A DNA stretch of 64,000 nucleotides from Macrostomum hystrix. Its lineage: Eukaryota > Animalia > Platyhelminthes. The stretch is from positions 16,802,001 through 16,866,000 of the forward strand of contig CATNEN010000039.1 in the NCBI GenBank assembly GCA_950097015.1, written 5' to 3'. Below the pieces are notes generated by a model. That model did not search any database and was not told the DNA's origin. It saw only the letters and a list, made by a program, of their open reading frames with translations. Shown here piece by piece: positions 12,915 to 24,400 of the stretch (positions are counted from its first letter, which is position 1; every line of letters starts with the position of its first letter). Made by a program: the position numbers and the translations under genes.

Positions 12915-14116
12915 TTTATATGTTTAAAACTGCAAATTGTTTGAAAGTGAGTAATAACTACATAACAAATGCTGATGCAGCTTTAATACTATTTTGTATG
13001 AAAGTAATAGAACAGTGAAGCGAAAGCTATATTCAATATACTGTCAGTAAAGTCAAGTCATATTGTCTGCTTATATGTTATCAGTAACATATTTGAATTA
13101 ATTATCTTTAGTTTGGGACTGAATCTTAATTGCTGCACAAAAACATATTCTTAGCAAAACAGAGAATCCAAAGGCAGAAAACATAAATAAGAATAAGAAC
13201 ACATTTAAATGTTTTGGCTTTTAACTAGGCTAGGCCAAGTTAGCAACTCAGCATTTTATTCATAAGCAATTGAAAACAATTTAGGAGTATATATTAAACC
13301 CTTGCTACTGAGATAGGGCTCTGTTTAAACATTTCTTAGAAACCATTTCCACAAAAAAATCATATTGTTTAACTACACATAAAAATTGTTTTACTTCACC
13401 AATTTGTTTATTTGCACTGAAATGTTTTAATAAAGTTGTGGAGATGAGGTGCTGAGGGAATTTTTAGTATAAATACATGAGTAAAAGGCAGATGAAATTC
13501 AAAGTTTTTGTTACACTATGTTACATTTTTGAGTCATGTGAATGTTCAGGATAAGAAAGCTTGAGATAGTGAAGTCCTTGCCTTAAGTTATTTCAAGAGA
13601 CATTTAGAAAGATAAGTGAATAAAGTAAAAGGAGAGCTGTAACCCTAGATCATCTGGTAAGCCCAAGATTAACAGAATAATAATTGAAGATTGATTGAAG
13701 AGTAACTGAAGAGTGATGAAACTAGAGAAATATTGATAAAGAGCAATAAAGAAGGATATAGACAGATAAATAGTGACTGAGACTGATAAATACAGAATTA
13801 ATACAGTAATAATGTGCAAGTAAATACAAAGGATAAAACTCAGCCATATTGAACATATAATGCTACCATAACAGATACATAATGCTACCAATTTGAATTA
13901 GAAATAAGAAATACATTAAAGTAAATAACTACAACACTAACTTGCATTCTAGCCAAGCTAATAATAATGGGACCTGACTACCATATGTAGATATATTATA
14001 TACACTATACACCTTTGTGCTTTCTTATTACTGAGTTTTATTTATAAAACTCAAACATAAAAATTTGTTTAATTATTTGATAGTTTGATATAGTTTGATT
14101 TCAAAAGTAAAGCATA

Positions 14117-14367
14117 CATACATGCGCAACCTCCCAAATCTTAGCCAGCCGTGCGACTTAGTTTTTGCTCTATTTACGACTTAGTTTGCTCTCATTTGCT
14201 CTCTTATTCTCTCCCCTTTTTCCTTTTCTTCACGCCTTCCTTTTTTGTCCCTTGGTCCCCCCTTTGATTTTTTTGCACTTGGTCGATTGGTTTTTGTGAC
14301 TTACCTTGCTTGGCACTCGTTTCACCCGGCCAGTTCGGCCGGGTCGGCCGGGTGTTGCGCATGTATA
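14117..14367. mobile_element. MITE (251 bp), TIR CATACATGCGCAAC, 8-bp TSD AAAGCATA (hAT- or P-like)
   Basis: TIRs and TSD (14109-14116 and 14368-14375) read directly. Confidence 0.8.
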
Positions 14368-14837
14368 AAAGCATATAAAGACTAAAATGTACGCTTGTTA
14401 CATTAAAATACCATATACAAAAAAACAATAAAAACTAAATCAATTGTAACTAAACTGGAAGTCAACAAAGACTTTTACTACTAACTATGACCTCTAGATA
14501 ATAGGCCTAGGCTAATACTGACAAGGCCTATGGTTAGGCCCCTATACAACTCCTAATTATAATTTTTGCAGAAAGTCTGTCTATTTCCCAGTTTAAGCTT
14601 GTCTATTTGAATTTTTGCATTAAGTTCATGTATTGTGCCAAGCAAATGTTTTTTATGTTTTAATAGGCTAGGGCTAACTGGCTAACCTGATATTAGGCCT
14701 ACTTTCTATGAATGCCAACCTACCTCAAATGCTCAGATCACTAGCTAAATCCAGGCAAAAATTTACAACTTAAAATCAATTTAAACATCTCACATCTGGT
14801 TTAAGTCTAAAGGCAGTTCAAAAATAACACTTTGCTA

Positions 14838-15575
14838 CATGCATGCGCAACACCCGGCCGAACCGGCCGGCTGAAAAACGGTACCTGGACACTTCGTCAT
14901 CTTACAACTTCAACATCCAGATGACGATCTGTCCAATATCTCAGAGGGTGGATGACGAAGAGCCTTAGACTTGTGGACACTTTGTCATCTATAAAACAAA
15001 AGTTTTCAAAGTTAAAACAGAACCACCCCTCCCCACCTCCTCACATCGTGTTGGCACCTATCTTTCAACTCTTATAATGAAATCAGTTTTGACACCTCTT
15101 TTTGACAATTTAGAGTTTGAAGTGTGTTCACACCTCTGCCCCACCACCCTCACTTTATTGATGACGAACTTGATTGCTTATTTGTTATTAGTAGATGACG
15201 AACAGACCAAACTTTAAAGCATCCCAATTGGCTGGATGACGAAATGTCCTACCTTCCAAATGAATGACGAAGTTGTAAGATGATGAAGTTGTAAGATGAC
15301 GAAGTGTCTAGGATCCGGGTGAAACAAGCGCCAAGCAAAGTAAGTCACAAAAACCAATCAACCAAGTGCAAAAAAATCAAAGGGGGATCAAGGTACAAAA
15401 AAGGAAGGCATGAAGAAAAGGAAAAAGGGGAGAGAAAAAGAGAGCAAATGAGCAAACTAAGTTGTAAGTAGAGCAATGAAATGAACTAAGTCGCAAATGA
15501 GAGCAAACTAAGTCATAAGTAGAGCAAAAACTAAGTCACACGGCCGGCTAAGATTTGGGAGGTTGCGCATGTATG
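14838..15575. mobile_element. Second, inverted copy of the same MITE, 8-bp TSD CTTTGCTA, interrupted by a nested element
   Basis: Body 15317-15575 is the reverse complement of ~14117-14330; TSD at 14830-14837 and 15576-15583. Confidence 0.82.
14880..15316. mobile_element. Nested non-autonomous DNA element with ~32-bp TIRs (ggtacctggacacttcgtcatcttacaacttc)
   Basis: TIR pair visible; internal gatgacgaa repeats; degenerate ~9-bp TSD (ggctgaaaaac / gggtgaaac). Confidence 0.7.
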
Positions 15576-16978
15576 CTTTGCTATTGTTTTTCCATAGGCC
15601 CTATTTCCAGACCTTATTTTAGTCTACACTACAGCTAACTAACAAACAGCTAGGCATATTAAGAATAGTCTGATTATTTTTATCTTAGGCCTATGTAGTT
15701 ATCATAAAACTAAATCAATATACAAATTTATTATAAGCTCTTTAACATTACAACAAACTGGGAAAAACAAAGCAAAGAGAAAGTCCTAGTTCCCTGCATG
15801 AAAAGAAATAATTTAAAAGTTCATTTTATCCTAACTAAGAACTTGTTAGCTAGGCTAGCTAGACGGTAAACAAAAAGCTTTAAGGCGTTAGCTATTACAA
15901 TCAAGGGAAGTCCGAAATGCAACCTAAAGAATGAGTTCACAGCCGAGTTATAATTACAACAGGCAGTTTAACACATTTACGCCGTCGTCGCACACAAAAG
16001 ACAAAACGCTCCGTCAGTTTTTTCTTTCCGGGAAAACACGAAAGGCTAGTAAAACTAAGTCGTATTTTTAAAAATACTCTTTTTGCAGCAGTTATAAAAA
16101 AATATTTTGTCTAGTTACTGTTGTGTTGAAAATATTTTGTGTTGTGTCTGGAGCCTTTAGGACAGTATAAGTCTTAGGTTGTTTACTGATAACAAATTTA
16201 AATTCGACCTTTCCTTGTACCCGTGCCTGCCGGTGCCGGCTAGCTAGGCTAACTTATCGCGATTTTGTTACTACGCATATGATACTTCACTTTAACGTTT
16301 AAAACTATCTTTGCGTAAGAAATCTCGTATATCTGTTATTTTGCATTTGCTGTTAACACAATCCATTTATCTTTCTTGTGCATGGCTCGAGGTCGACGGA
16401 TTTGTCTGGTGGGTGGTGTTGGAAATCGGATGCATAAACATTTTGTCTAACAGACCAGATATACCTATTCTTACATACTTAAGCAGCAGTTCTTTTCTAA
16501 ACTTCGTCTCATTATATTTTGAATTTTACTATTACAAGCTGTAGAGTGTTGCATAGTGTTTGCAACTAATTTACTCAATTTCGCTACTGTACTGTACTGC
16601 CTTAGGCCTAACTGAAATTTGTTTTGTAATTCGTCATCACTTATAAGAAAGTGCAGTAAGCACTATCTATTAATATATTACTGTAAAAAGCCTAAGTATA
16701 CAAATTTTTAAGTTTGAGCTTTCTAGATAACCCTCTTAGTATGACATTGACTACAGTATGATTGTCAGTTATAGTATTTTTTAATTTGAAACTAAAAAAT
16801 CTGTAGATTGTACATACCATGAGCTTACATTTAACCTCAGAAAGTTTCAATAGGCCTTATCTATATAACTTAATTAAGTGTAAACTAAGCAGAAGCTACA
16901 TTTCTATGAAATTTGTGATAAAAACTTTTTTGATAAGACAGAAAATGTATCTGCCTTCATTTACTTTGGAGGCTGATA

Positions 16979-17269
16979 GGCGATTTCTTAGTTTCCCGCG
17001 TTAAATTATTTTTTTTTGCTTTTTCCATCGGGAGCTGACTGTCCTCTTTGACACGTACCTGCAAGAGTACATGTGGCGCCGCCAGTTTCCGCACAAGCAG
17101 TTTGGCAACATCATGTTCTGGATTGTGTACTACTACCCCGCTGTCTGACATCCCTGACATCCTATCTATGGCCCCTGGACTTTTATATATGGACTTGGAC
17201 TTCTTATTGCTTAATTGCTTATTGCTTGGACTTACAAAATAATTTAACGCGGGAAACTAAGAAATCGCC
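16979..17269. mobile_element. Merlin-like MITE (291 bp), 34-bp TIR starting GGCGA, 8-bp TSD GGCTGATA
   Basis: Perfect TIR ggcgatttcttagtttcccgcgttaaattatttt; TSD at 16971-16978 and 17270-17277. Superfamily is inferred from the GG terminus plus 8-bp TSD. Confidence 0.8.
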
Positions 17270-17319
17270 GGCTGATACCCTACCCTACAGTATAGCTTAT
17301 ACTTCTACATGCAACTCAC

Positions 17320-17586
17320 TGTAGAACTACCAAGGGAGGAACACAAACACTAACTCTTAAGAACATAGACCAAGTTTTTGATGCTTATTTTCTAAAAGAC
17401 AAATCAAGTCACCAGCTCTTCAGACCATCAAGATATTTAATGGTTGTGGCCAAAGGTCAGATTTTTCACATAAGCGCTAGTGCATTTCCCTAATGCTGTT
17501 AACATTCTGGCACTGCCCAAAAATTCCAGGGGTGTCAGTACCCCCTTAGTCTAAAAACTGGTAGCAAAATGGCTTGGTAGTTGTAC
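17320..17586. mobile_element. Degenerate relative of the TTAA element at 45866
   Basis: Ends gtagaactacca... and ...gcaaaatggcttggtagt match the termini of 45866-46726. Confidence 0.5.
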
Positions 17587-18209
17587 TTTTAAAGCATTTA
17601 AAAGGCTAGCTTTTTAGGATTTACATATACTTAAGTTTATACCTTGTCTAGGACTTTTTGTAAAAAACAGTTGATGTATCCATATTCCTCAAGTAACTAA
17701 ATATTAACCAAATAAGCTAAATTGTTCTCATCAAATACCTAAAATCTAAATGCAATTGCTTAGTTTATATTTCGCTATTGATGTCTAAGATTTGCAAAAA
17801 GTAGCATATAGCAGCATGTGGGGCTACTAAATCAAGTTTTGATTTTGAAAAACATTTAAGCTGTAAAAATTGTACATAATTTATAATTTAGTATAGGTGG
17901 TGTTATTTGTAGTGTTATTAGTACTTGTAAGTGCTTATATCAAGTATTTTTAATCCGGGAAAGCTTAAAGCTGTGTAACTCAAATCTTCACTTCACTAAG
18001 CTGTAGATTAGTTAATTTGTACGGTAGTACACAAACTATTGTAACTTGTGTGGGTGTAGTTGCCTCCTCAGTCCATGGACTGAAAGGCTGTACACAGAGT
18101 CTTACAGAAGTACATTTAAAATAGCTGCTGCAGTAAATCTGTCTGTAATTTCGTCAAACTTACATTCAAATTATTTTTTGTTTCCAGCTTGAATTTTTGC
18201 AATTAAATC

Positions 18210-20634
18210 ATGGGTGGCCAATCGTCAAAGCCGCAGCAGAAGGTGCTCATTGCTGTGGACGGCTCCAGCCATAGTCAGCACGCCTTTGACTGGTACCGCG
18301 CCAACTTGGCCACACCTGGCGAGGATGTGGTTCTATTCCACACTGGCAGCCTGCCAAGCCATCTGGTGGCTCCGACTGGCATTCCGGCCTCTGAAAGCGA
18401 CGTTCGTCACGCTGAGGAGAGCCTTCGGAAACGTGTCGCCCGCCTAGAAGAGAGTATGATGGAGCAGTGCCGCCGACACAATATGCAGTGCCGGTGAGTG
18501 CACTTTGAGATGCACTGTCTTCTCTGCTGGGAGATATGGGGATTTCTAGATTGGGAAGAAGGAAGATTTTGGGATTATTTAAGTTAGGTTAGAGCCACGG
18601 CGAATTCTGTGGTTTTGAACTTAGGATTAAAAGTGCTATTAAGAAAATTAGATAGGGATTTAGGGATTGCGAAGGTGGGAGTCGTGATTGGGACTTATGG
18701 AATTCTTCGGTGGGAGTCGAGATTGGGATTTATAGAATCCTACGATAAGATTCGAGATTGGGACTTATGAAATCCTACGATGGGAGTAGAGACTGGGATT
18801 TAAGGAATCCTTATGTGGGAGTAGAGACTGGGATTTAAGGAATCCTTAATTTATGCCGAAGTTAGAAATGGGAAATGCATTAATAGACTGTCGATTGCAA
18901 TGTGAGTACTAGTGTGTATTAATTTTCTAATAATTTATTGGGAGAGTAATATTTCGTAAAGCTAAATACTACAGATAATCTCAACTAACAAACAAGTCAT
19001 CATTTGCAAGAAAAATTCATTTTGTAAGTTTACATTGCACTGACTATATGGCATGACATCATGATGACGTGATGACACTGTCAACGCAATGTTTATGCAA
19101 ATTAGGCGCATCGTGTTTAGTGCATCGTGATAGTATCTTGCGGTGAAAAAATGCACACTCTGATAAGTTAATTTCATTTTGTCTTTTATTAATAGATTCT
19201 AGAAGTTTAACAGAATTAGCTATCAATACTTCTGTAAGTCTAGTCCTAGTTAAACAAATATCTACACTTGTTATGAGATATGCATATTCATGGATTTTTA
19301 CTTAAAGTAGCAAGTTAAATAACTATTTTTTCGCATTTACGATTTCTATAAATATATCTTTTACGCATCCTTTCACTCTTCTCTTTCCCTTCCCTCCACT
19401 CCTAATCCTTCCACTCTTCCCCTTCCCCTCACTTGCTAATCCTTCCACTCTTCCCCCTCCCCTCACTTGCTAATCCTTCCACTCTTCCCCTTCCCCTCAC
19501 TTGCTAATCCTTCCACTCTTCCCCCTCCCCTCACTTGCTAATCCTTCCACTCTTCCCCTTCCCCTCACTTGATAATCCTTCCACTCTTCCCCTTCCCCTC
19601 ACTTGCTAATCCTTCCACTCTTCCCCTTCCCCTCACTTGCTAATCCTTCCACTCTTCCCCTTCCCCTCACTTGATAATCCTTCCACTCTTCCCCTTCCCC
19701 TCACTTGCTAATCCTTCCACTCTTCCCCTTCCCCTCACTTGCTAATCCTTCCACTCTTCCCCTTCTCCCCACTTGCTAATCCTTCCACTCTTCCCCTTCC
19801 CCTCACTTGATAATCCTTCCACTCTTCCCCCTCCCTTCACTTGCTAATCCTTCCACTCTTCCCCTTCCCCTCACTTGATAATCCTTCCACTCTTCCCCCT
19901 CCCCTCACTTGATAATCCTTCCACTCTTCCCCTTCCCCTCACTTGCTAATCCTTCCACTCTTCCCCTTCCCCTCACTTGCTAATCCTTCCACTCTTCCCC
20001 TTCCCCTCACTTGCTAATCCTTCCACTCTTCCCCCTCCCCTCACTTGCTAATCCTTCCACTCTTCCCCCTCCCTTCACTTGATAATCCTTCCACTCTTCC
20101 CCTTCCCCTCACTTGATAATCCTTCCACTCTTCCCCCTCCCCTCACTTACTAATCCTTCCACTCTTCCCCTTCCCCTCACTTGATAATCCTTCCACTCTT
20201 CCCCTTCCCCTCACTTGATAATCCTTCCACTCTTCCCCCTCCCCTCACTTGCTAATCCTTCCACTCTTCCCCTTCCCCTCACTTGCTAATCCTTCCACTC
20301 TCCCCATCCCCTCGCTTTCTTATTTACCTTCACTACCTTCATTTTCTAGTCATTCTACCCTTCTTATTCCTTAGTATCGCTTCCTAATTATTTTTACTCT
20401 ACCTGCCATTCCTCATCCTCTCTCCCTACTAAATCCCTCAGCTGGAAGTACGCCGACTCGCTGAGTCCCGGCCCCGCGGTTGTCGACGCCTCTGCCGAGG
20501 AGAAGGCCGACCTGGTTGTCATGGGAACGCGTGGCCTTGGCACCATCAGGCGCACTATTCTCGGCTCAGTGAGCGAGTTCGTGATCTCGCACAGCCACCG
20601 GCCGGTCGTTGTTGTTCCGCCGCCGGCTAATTAA
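18210..20634 (+). CDS. Universal stress protein (UspA domain); exons 18210-18493 and 20442-20634 (~158 aa)
   Basis: KVLIAVDGSSHSQHAFDWY. Exon 2 (absent from the ORF track) gives ADLVVMGTRGLGTIRRTILGSVSEFVISHSHRPVVVVP, with the G-2x-G-9x-GS ATP-binding motif. Phase-2 gtgagt...ctcag intron. Confidence 0.92.
19385..20315. repeat. Pyrimidine-rich minisatellite, 34-bp unit ctaatccttccactcttccccttcccctcacttg, in the USP intron
   Basis: Direct tandem copies. Confidence 0.95.
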
Positions 20635-21094
20635 CTGTTCTCATTATTTGTTAATCTGCTTCTGCAAGCAAATAATTGAACATTTAAGATTTCGGTGGCC
20701 ATTTAAAATCATGAATTGTTTTAGCTAGAATAAAATAATAGTTGAGGTTAGATAATCACTACTAAGGGACCCTATTAGTGTGTTACATGTTTGTATTCAT
20801 TGGTATTTTGTTCCATTATAAGAAATCGATTGACTCTTTTTGAAAGTTTTAATAATTTTTCTATTCCGCTTGTCGAAAATATTTCTATGCAAAAAATCGT
20901 GCATCCTGGTGAAATTATTTGATAATAAACTATATACACTTGCTATTTAGCTTAGCGTCATCATTCAATAAAATAAGATTATTCTGACCTCTATTTAAAA
21001 CAATTTGTGTTTTTTGTTTATAACGACATTCAGTACATTCAGTTTTCTTTAAAATGTCGATAATTAAGGATAATTAGTTTTTTTAAATCCCCAC

Positions 21095-21360
21095 TGGTCT
21101 TAGGACAGTTTGTAGCTACGCACTTCGGACTGAGAGGTTGGGACTCGATTCTAGTGTCCTGAAGGTCGGGGGTTCGATTGCCGACTTCACTGGAACCATT
21201 TGTGTCCTTTAGCACGACACACTTAACTCTGCATTGCTTCAGTTCACCCAGCTGTCAAATGGCCACCAGCATCAGCTGGGGTAGTTGAAGGTGGGTGTGG
21301 CGTCCCTCCGGTCCATGGACTGAACAGCCGTACGCAGCCTTGGCCCGATTGGGTCAGGTG
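21095..21360 (+). mobile_element. tRNA-derived SINE, family B, with CORE-like central domain
   Basis: B-box ggttcgattgc followed by tgtgtccttt..gacacacttaactctgcattgcttcagttcacccagctgt; related pieces at ~17990-18105 and at 59680-59733 plus 60116-60230. Confidence 0.65.
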
Positions 21361-21424
21361 TAATCAATTATAAGATTGTTTATTCTTGTTTTCAGCTCCA
21401 CCGATCAATCGAAGCCCGGTCCGC

Positions 21425-24400
21425 ATGTCTTATCCGGCCACACAGCCTCAGCCGCAGGATATTTGGCCGTCGGATTGTTCAGCCTACTGGCAATTGACCA
21501 ATCAGACTGAGAGATGTCAGTTTGTTCTCAATTCCGAGGCATGCTTCTCAGAATCAGGCCTGATCGCCTACCTGTCTACTTTAGTCTGTCATGTGCCAGA
21601 CTGGGCTAAGCCTTTGTACTTGGTCGCCTGCGGTATCTGGCTACTATTCTTATTTGGCGCTCTGGCAACTACGGCTGATAATTTCTTCTGTCCATCGCTG
21701 ACCGTGATGTCGGCGAATCTCAGGATGAGCCACAATCTGGCCGGCGTCACCCTGCTAGCATTCGGCAACGGCGCGCCGGATATTTTCTCTTCACTAGCGG
21801 CCATCACTCAGTCTGGCCAGAATGGCGATGAATCTTTAGCATTCGGAGCACTACTTGGAGCTGGCGTGTTTGTCACCACTGTGGTGGCCGGCTCCGTGGC
21901 TGCAGCTCATCCTTTCAAGGTGAGAGTCGTTTAGAATCGGAGATTGATTTCTTGGAAACATAGAAACTACAATCTACTATATCAAGATAGCTTTGTGGGA
22001 AGCATTTCTTAGAAGGAATTATTTTTTGGATTTAATTTACCCTAAAAGATTAGGTAATTAGTTTTGTTATAACCAATCGATGTCGTTTATCGATTTTGCT
22101 CTAGAAGTGAAGTAATAATTAGTCTTTTAATTCGTGTAAACGACACTCGAATTCCCTCAGGCAATGGAAAGGCCGCTACTAAAAGACATGACATTTTACC
22201 TAGCCGCTCTCTGGCTAACATTTTTTTCTATCTATCGCGGCTTTATCAACCTCGCCGTAGCTATCGCCTTTCTCGGCCTCTACATTTTCTACGTCCTGGT
22301 GACACTGATTGCTAGATATATTCGCAAATATCATCGCCCACCTCGAAGCGATGTTGCGGCGGTTAATTCACCAGATGTTGGCGTGAACTACGGTTCCGCT
22401 CTTCTCTATGGTGAAACTTCGCCACTGCTTAATAATTCTTACGTTGCCGACGAGTTAATAAGCGCCAGGCTGGCTCCCGGCGAAAATATTAATGGCAGTG
22501 GCGTTTTCAGCAACGGCTTGTTGTACACTGTGCGATACGCCATTCACCACAAGGCCGATCGAAGGTGAGGGCCGCTCATTCCTCTGATCCTTCAGGGCCG
22601 CTCATTCCTCTGATCCTTCAGGGCCGCTCATTCCTCTGATCCTTCAGGGCCGCTCATTCCTCTGATCCTTCAGGGCCGCTCATTCCTCAGATCCTTCAGG
22701 GCCAGGGCCGCTCATTCCTCTGATCCTTCAGGGCCGCTCATTCCTCTGATCCTTCAGGGCCGCTCATTCCTCTGAATCTTCAGGGCCGCTCATTCCTCTG
22801 ATCCTTCAGGGCCGCTCATTCCTCTGATCCTTCAGGGCCGCTCATTCCTCTGATCCTTCAGGGCCGCTCATTCCTCTGATCCTTCAGGGCCGCTCATTCC
22901 TCTGAATCTTCAGGGCCGCTCATTCCTCTGATCCTATAGGGCCGCTCATTCCTCTGATCCTTCAGGGCCGCTCATTCCTCTGATCCTTCAGGGCCGCTCA
23001 TTCCTCTGATCCTTCAGGGCCGCTCATTCCTCTGATCCTTCAGGGCCGCTCATTCCTCTGATCCTTCAGGGCCGCTCATTCCTCTGATCCTTCAGGGCCG
23101 CTCTTTCCTCTGATCCTATAGGGCCGCTCTTTCCTCTGATCCTATAGGGCCGCTCTTTCCTCTGATCCTATAGGGCCGCTCATTCCTCTGATCCTTCAGG
23201 GCCGCTCATTCCTCTGATCCTTCAGGGCCGCTCATTCCTCTGATCCTTCAGGGCCGCTCTTTCCTCTGATCCTATAGGGCCGCTCATTCCTCTGATCCTT
23301 CAGGGCCGCTCATTCCTCTGATCCTTCAGGGCCGCTCTTTTCTTCTGATCCTATAGGGCCGCTCTTTCCTCTGATCCTATAGGGCCGCTCTTTCCTCTGA
23401 TCCTATAGGGCCGCTCATTCCTCTGATCCTTCAGGGCCGCTCATTCCTCTGATCCTATAGGGCCGCTCTTTCCTCTGATCCTATAGGGCCGCTCATTCCT
23501 CTGATCCTTCAGGGCCGCTCTTTCCTCTGATCCTATAGGGCCGCTCTTTCCTCTGATCCTATAGGGCCGCTCATTCCTCTGATCCTTCAGGGCCGCTCTT
23601 TCCTCTGATCCTATAGGGCCGCTCATTCCTCTGATCCTATAGGGCCGCTCATTCCTCTGATCCTTCAGGGCCGCTTCTTCCTCTGATCCTATAGGGCCGC
23701 TCATTCCTCTGATCCTTCAGGGCCGCTTCTTCCTCTGATCCTATAGGGCCGCTCATTCCTCTGATCCTTCAGGGCCGCTCATTCCTCTGATCCTTCAGGG
23801 CCGCTTCTTCCTCTGATCCTATAGGGCCGCTCATTCCTCAGATCCTTCAGGGCCGCTCATTCCTCTGATCCTTCAGGGCCGCTCTTTCCTCTGATCCTAT
23901 AGGGCCGCTCTTTCCTCTGATCCTATAGGGCCGCTCTTTCCTCTGATCCTATAGGGCCGCTCTTTCCTCTGATCCTTCAGGGCCGCTTCTTCCTCTGATC
24001 CTATAGGGCCGCTCATTCCTCTGATCCTTCAGGGCCGCTCATTCCTCTGATCCTTCAGGGCCGCTCTTTCCTCTGATCCTATAGGGCCGCTCATTCCTCT
24101 GATCCTTCAGGGCCGCTCATTCCTCTGATCCTATAGGGCCGCTCATTCCTCTGATCCTATAGGGCCGCTCATTCCTCTGATCCTTCAGGGCCGCTTCTTC
24201 CTCTGATCCTATAGGGCCGCTCATTCCTCTGATCCTTCAGGGCCGCTCATTCCTCTGATCCTTCAGGGCCGCTCTTTCCTCTGATCCTATAGGGCCGCTC
24301 ATTCCTCTGATCCTTCAGGGCCGCTCATTCCTCTGATCCTATAGGGCCGCTCATTCCTCTGATCCTATAGGGCCGCTCATTCCTCTGATCCTTCAGGGCC

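Noticed and set aside
14117-15575. Single 1.46-kb foldback transposon
   Set aside because: Each arm has its own TIR pair and a different TSD, so these are two insertions.
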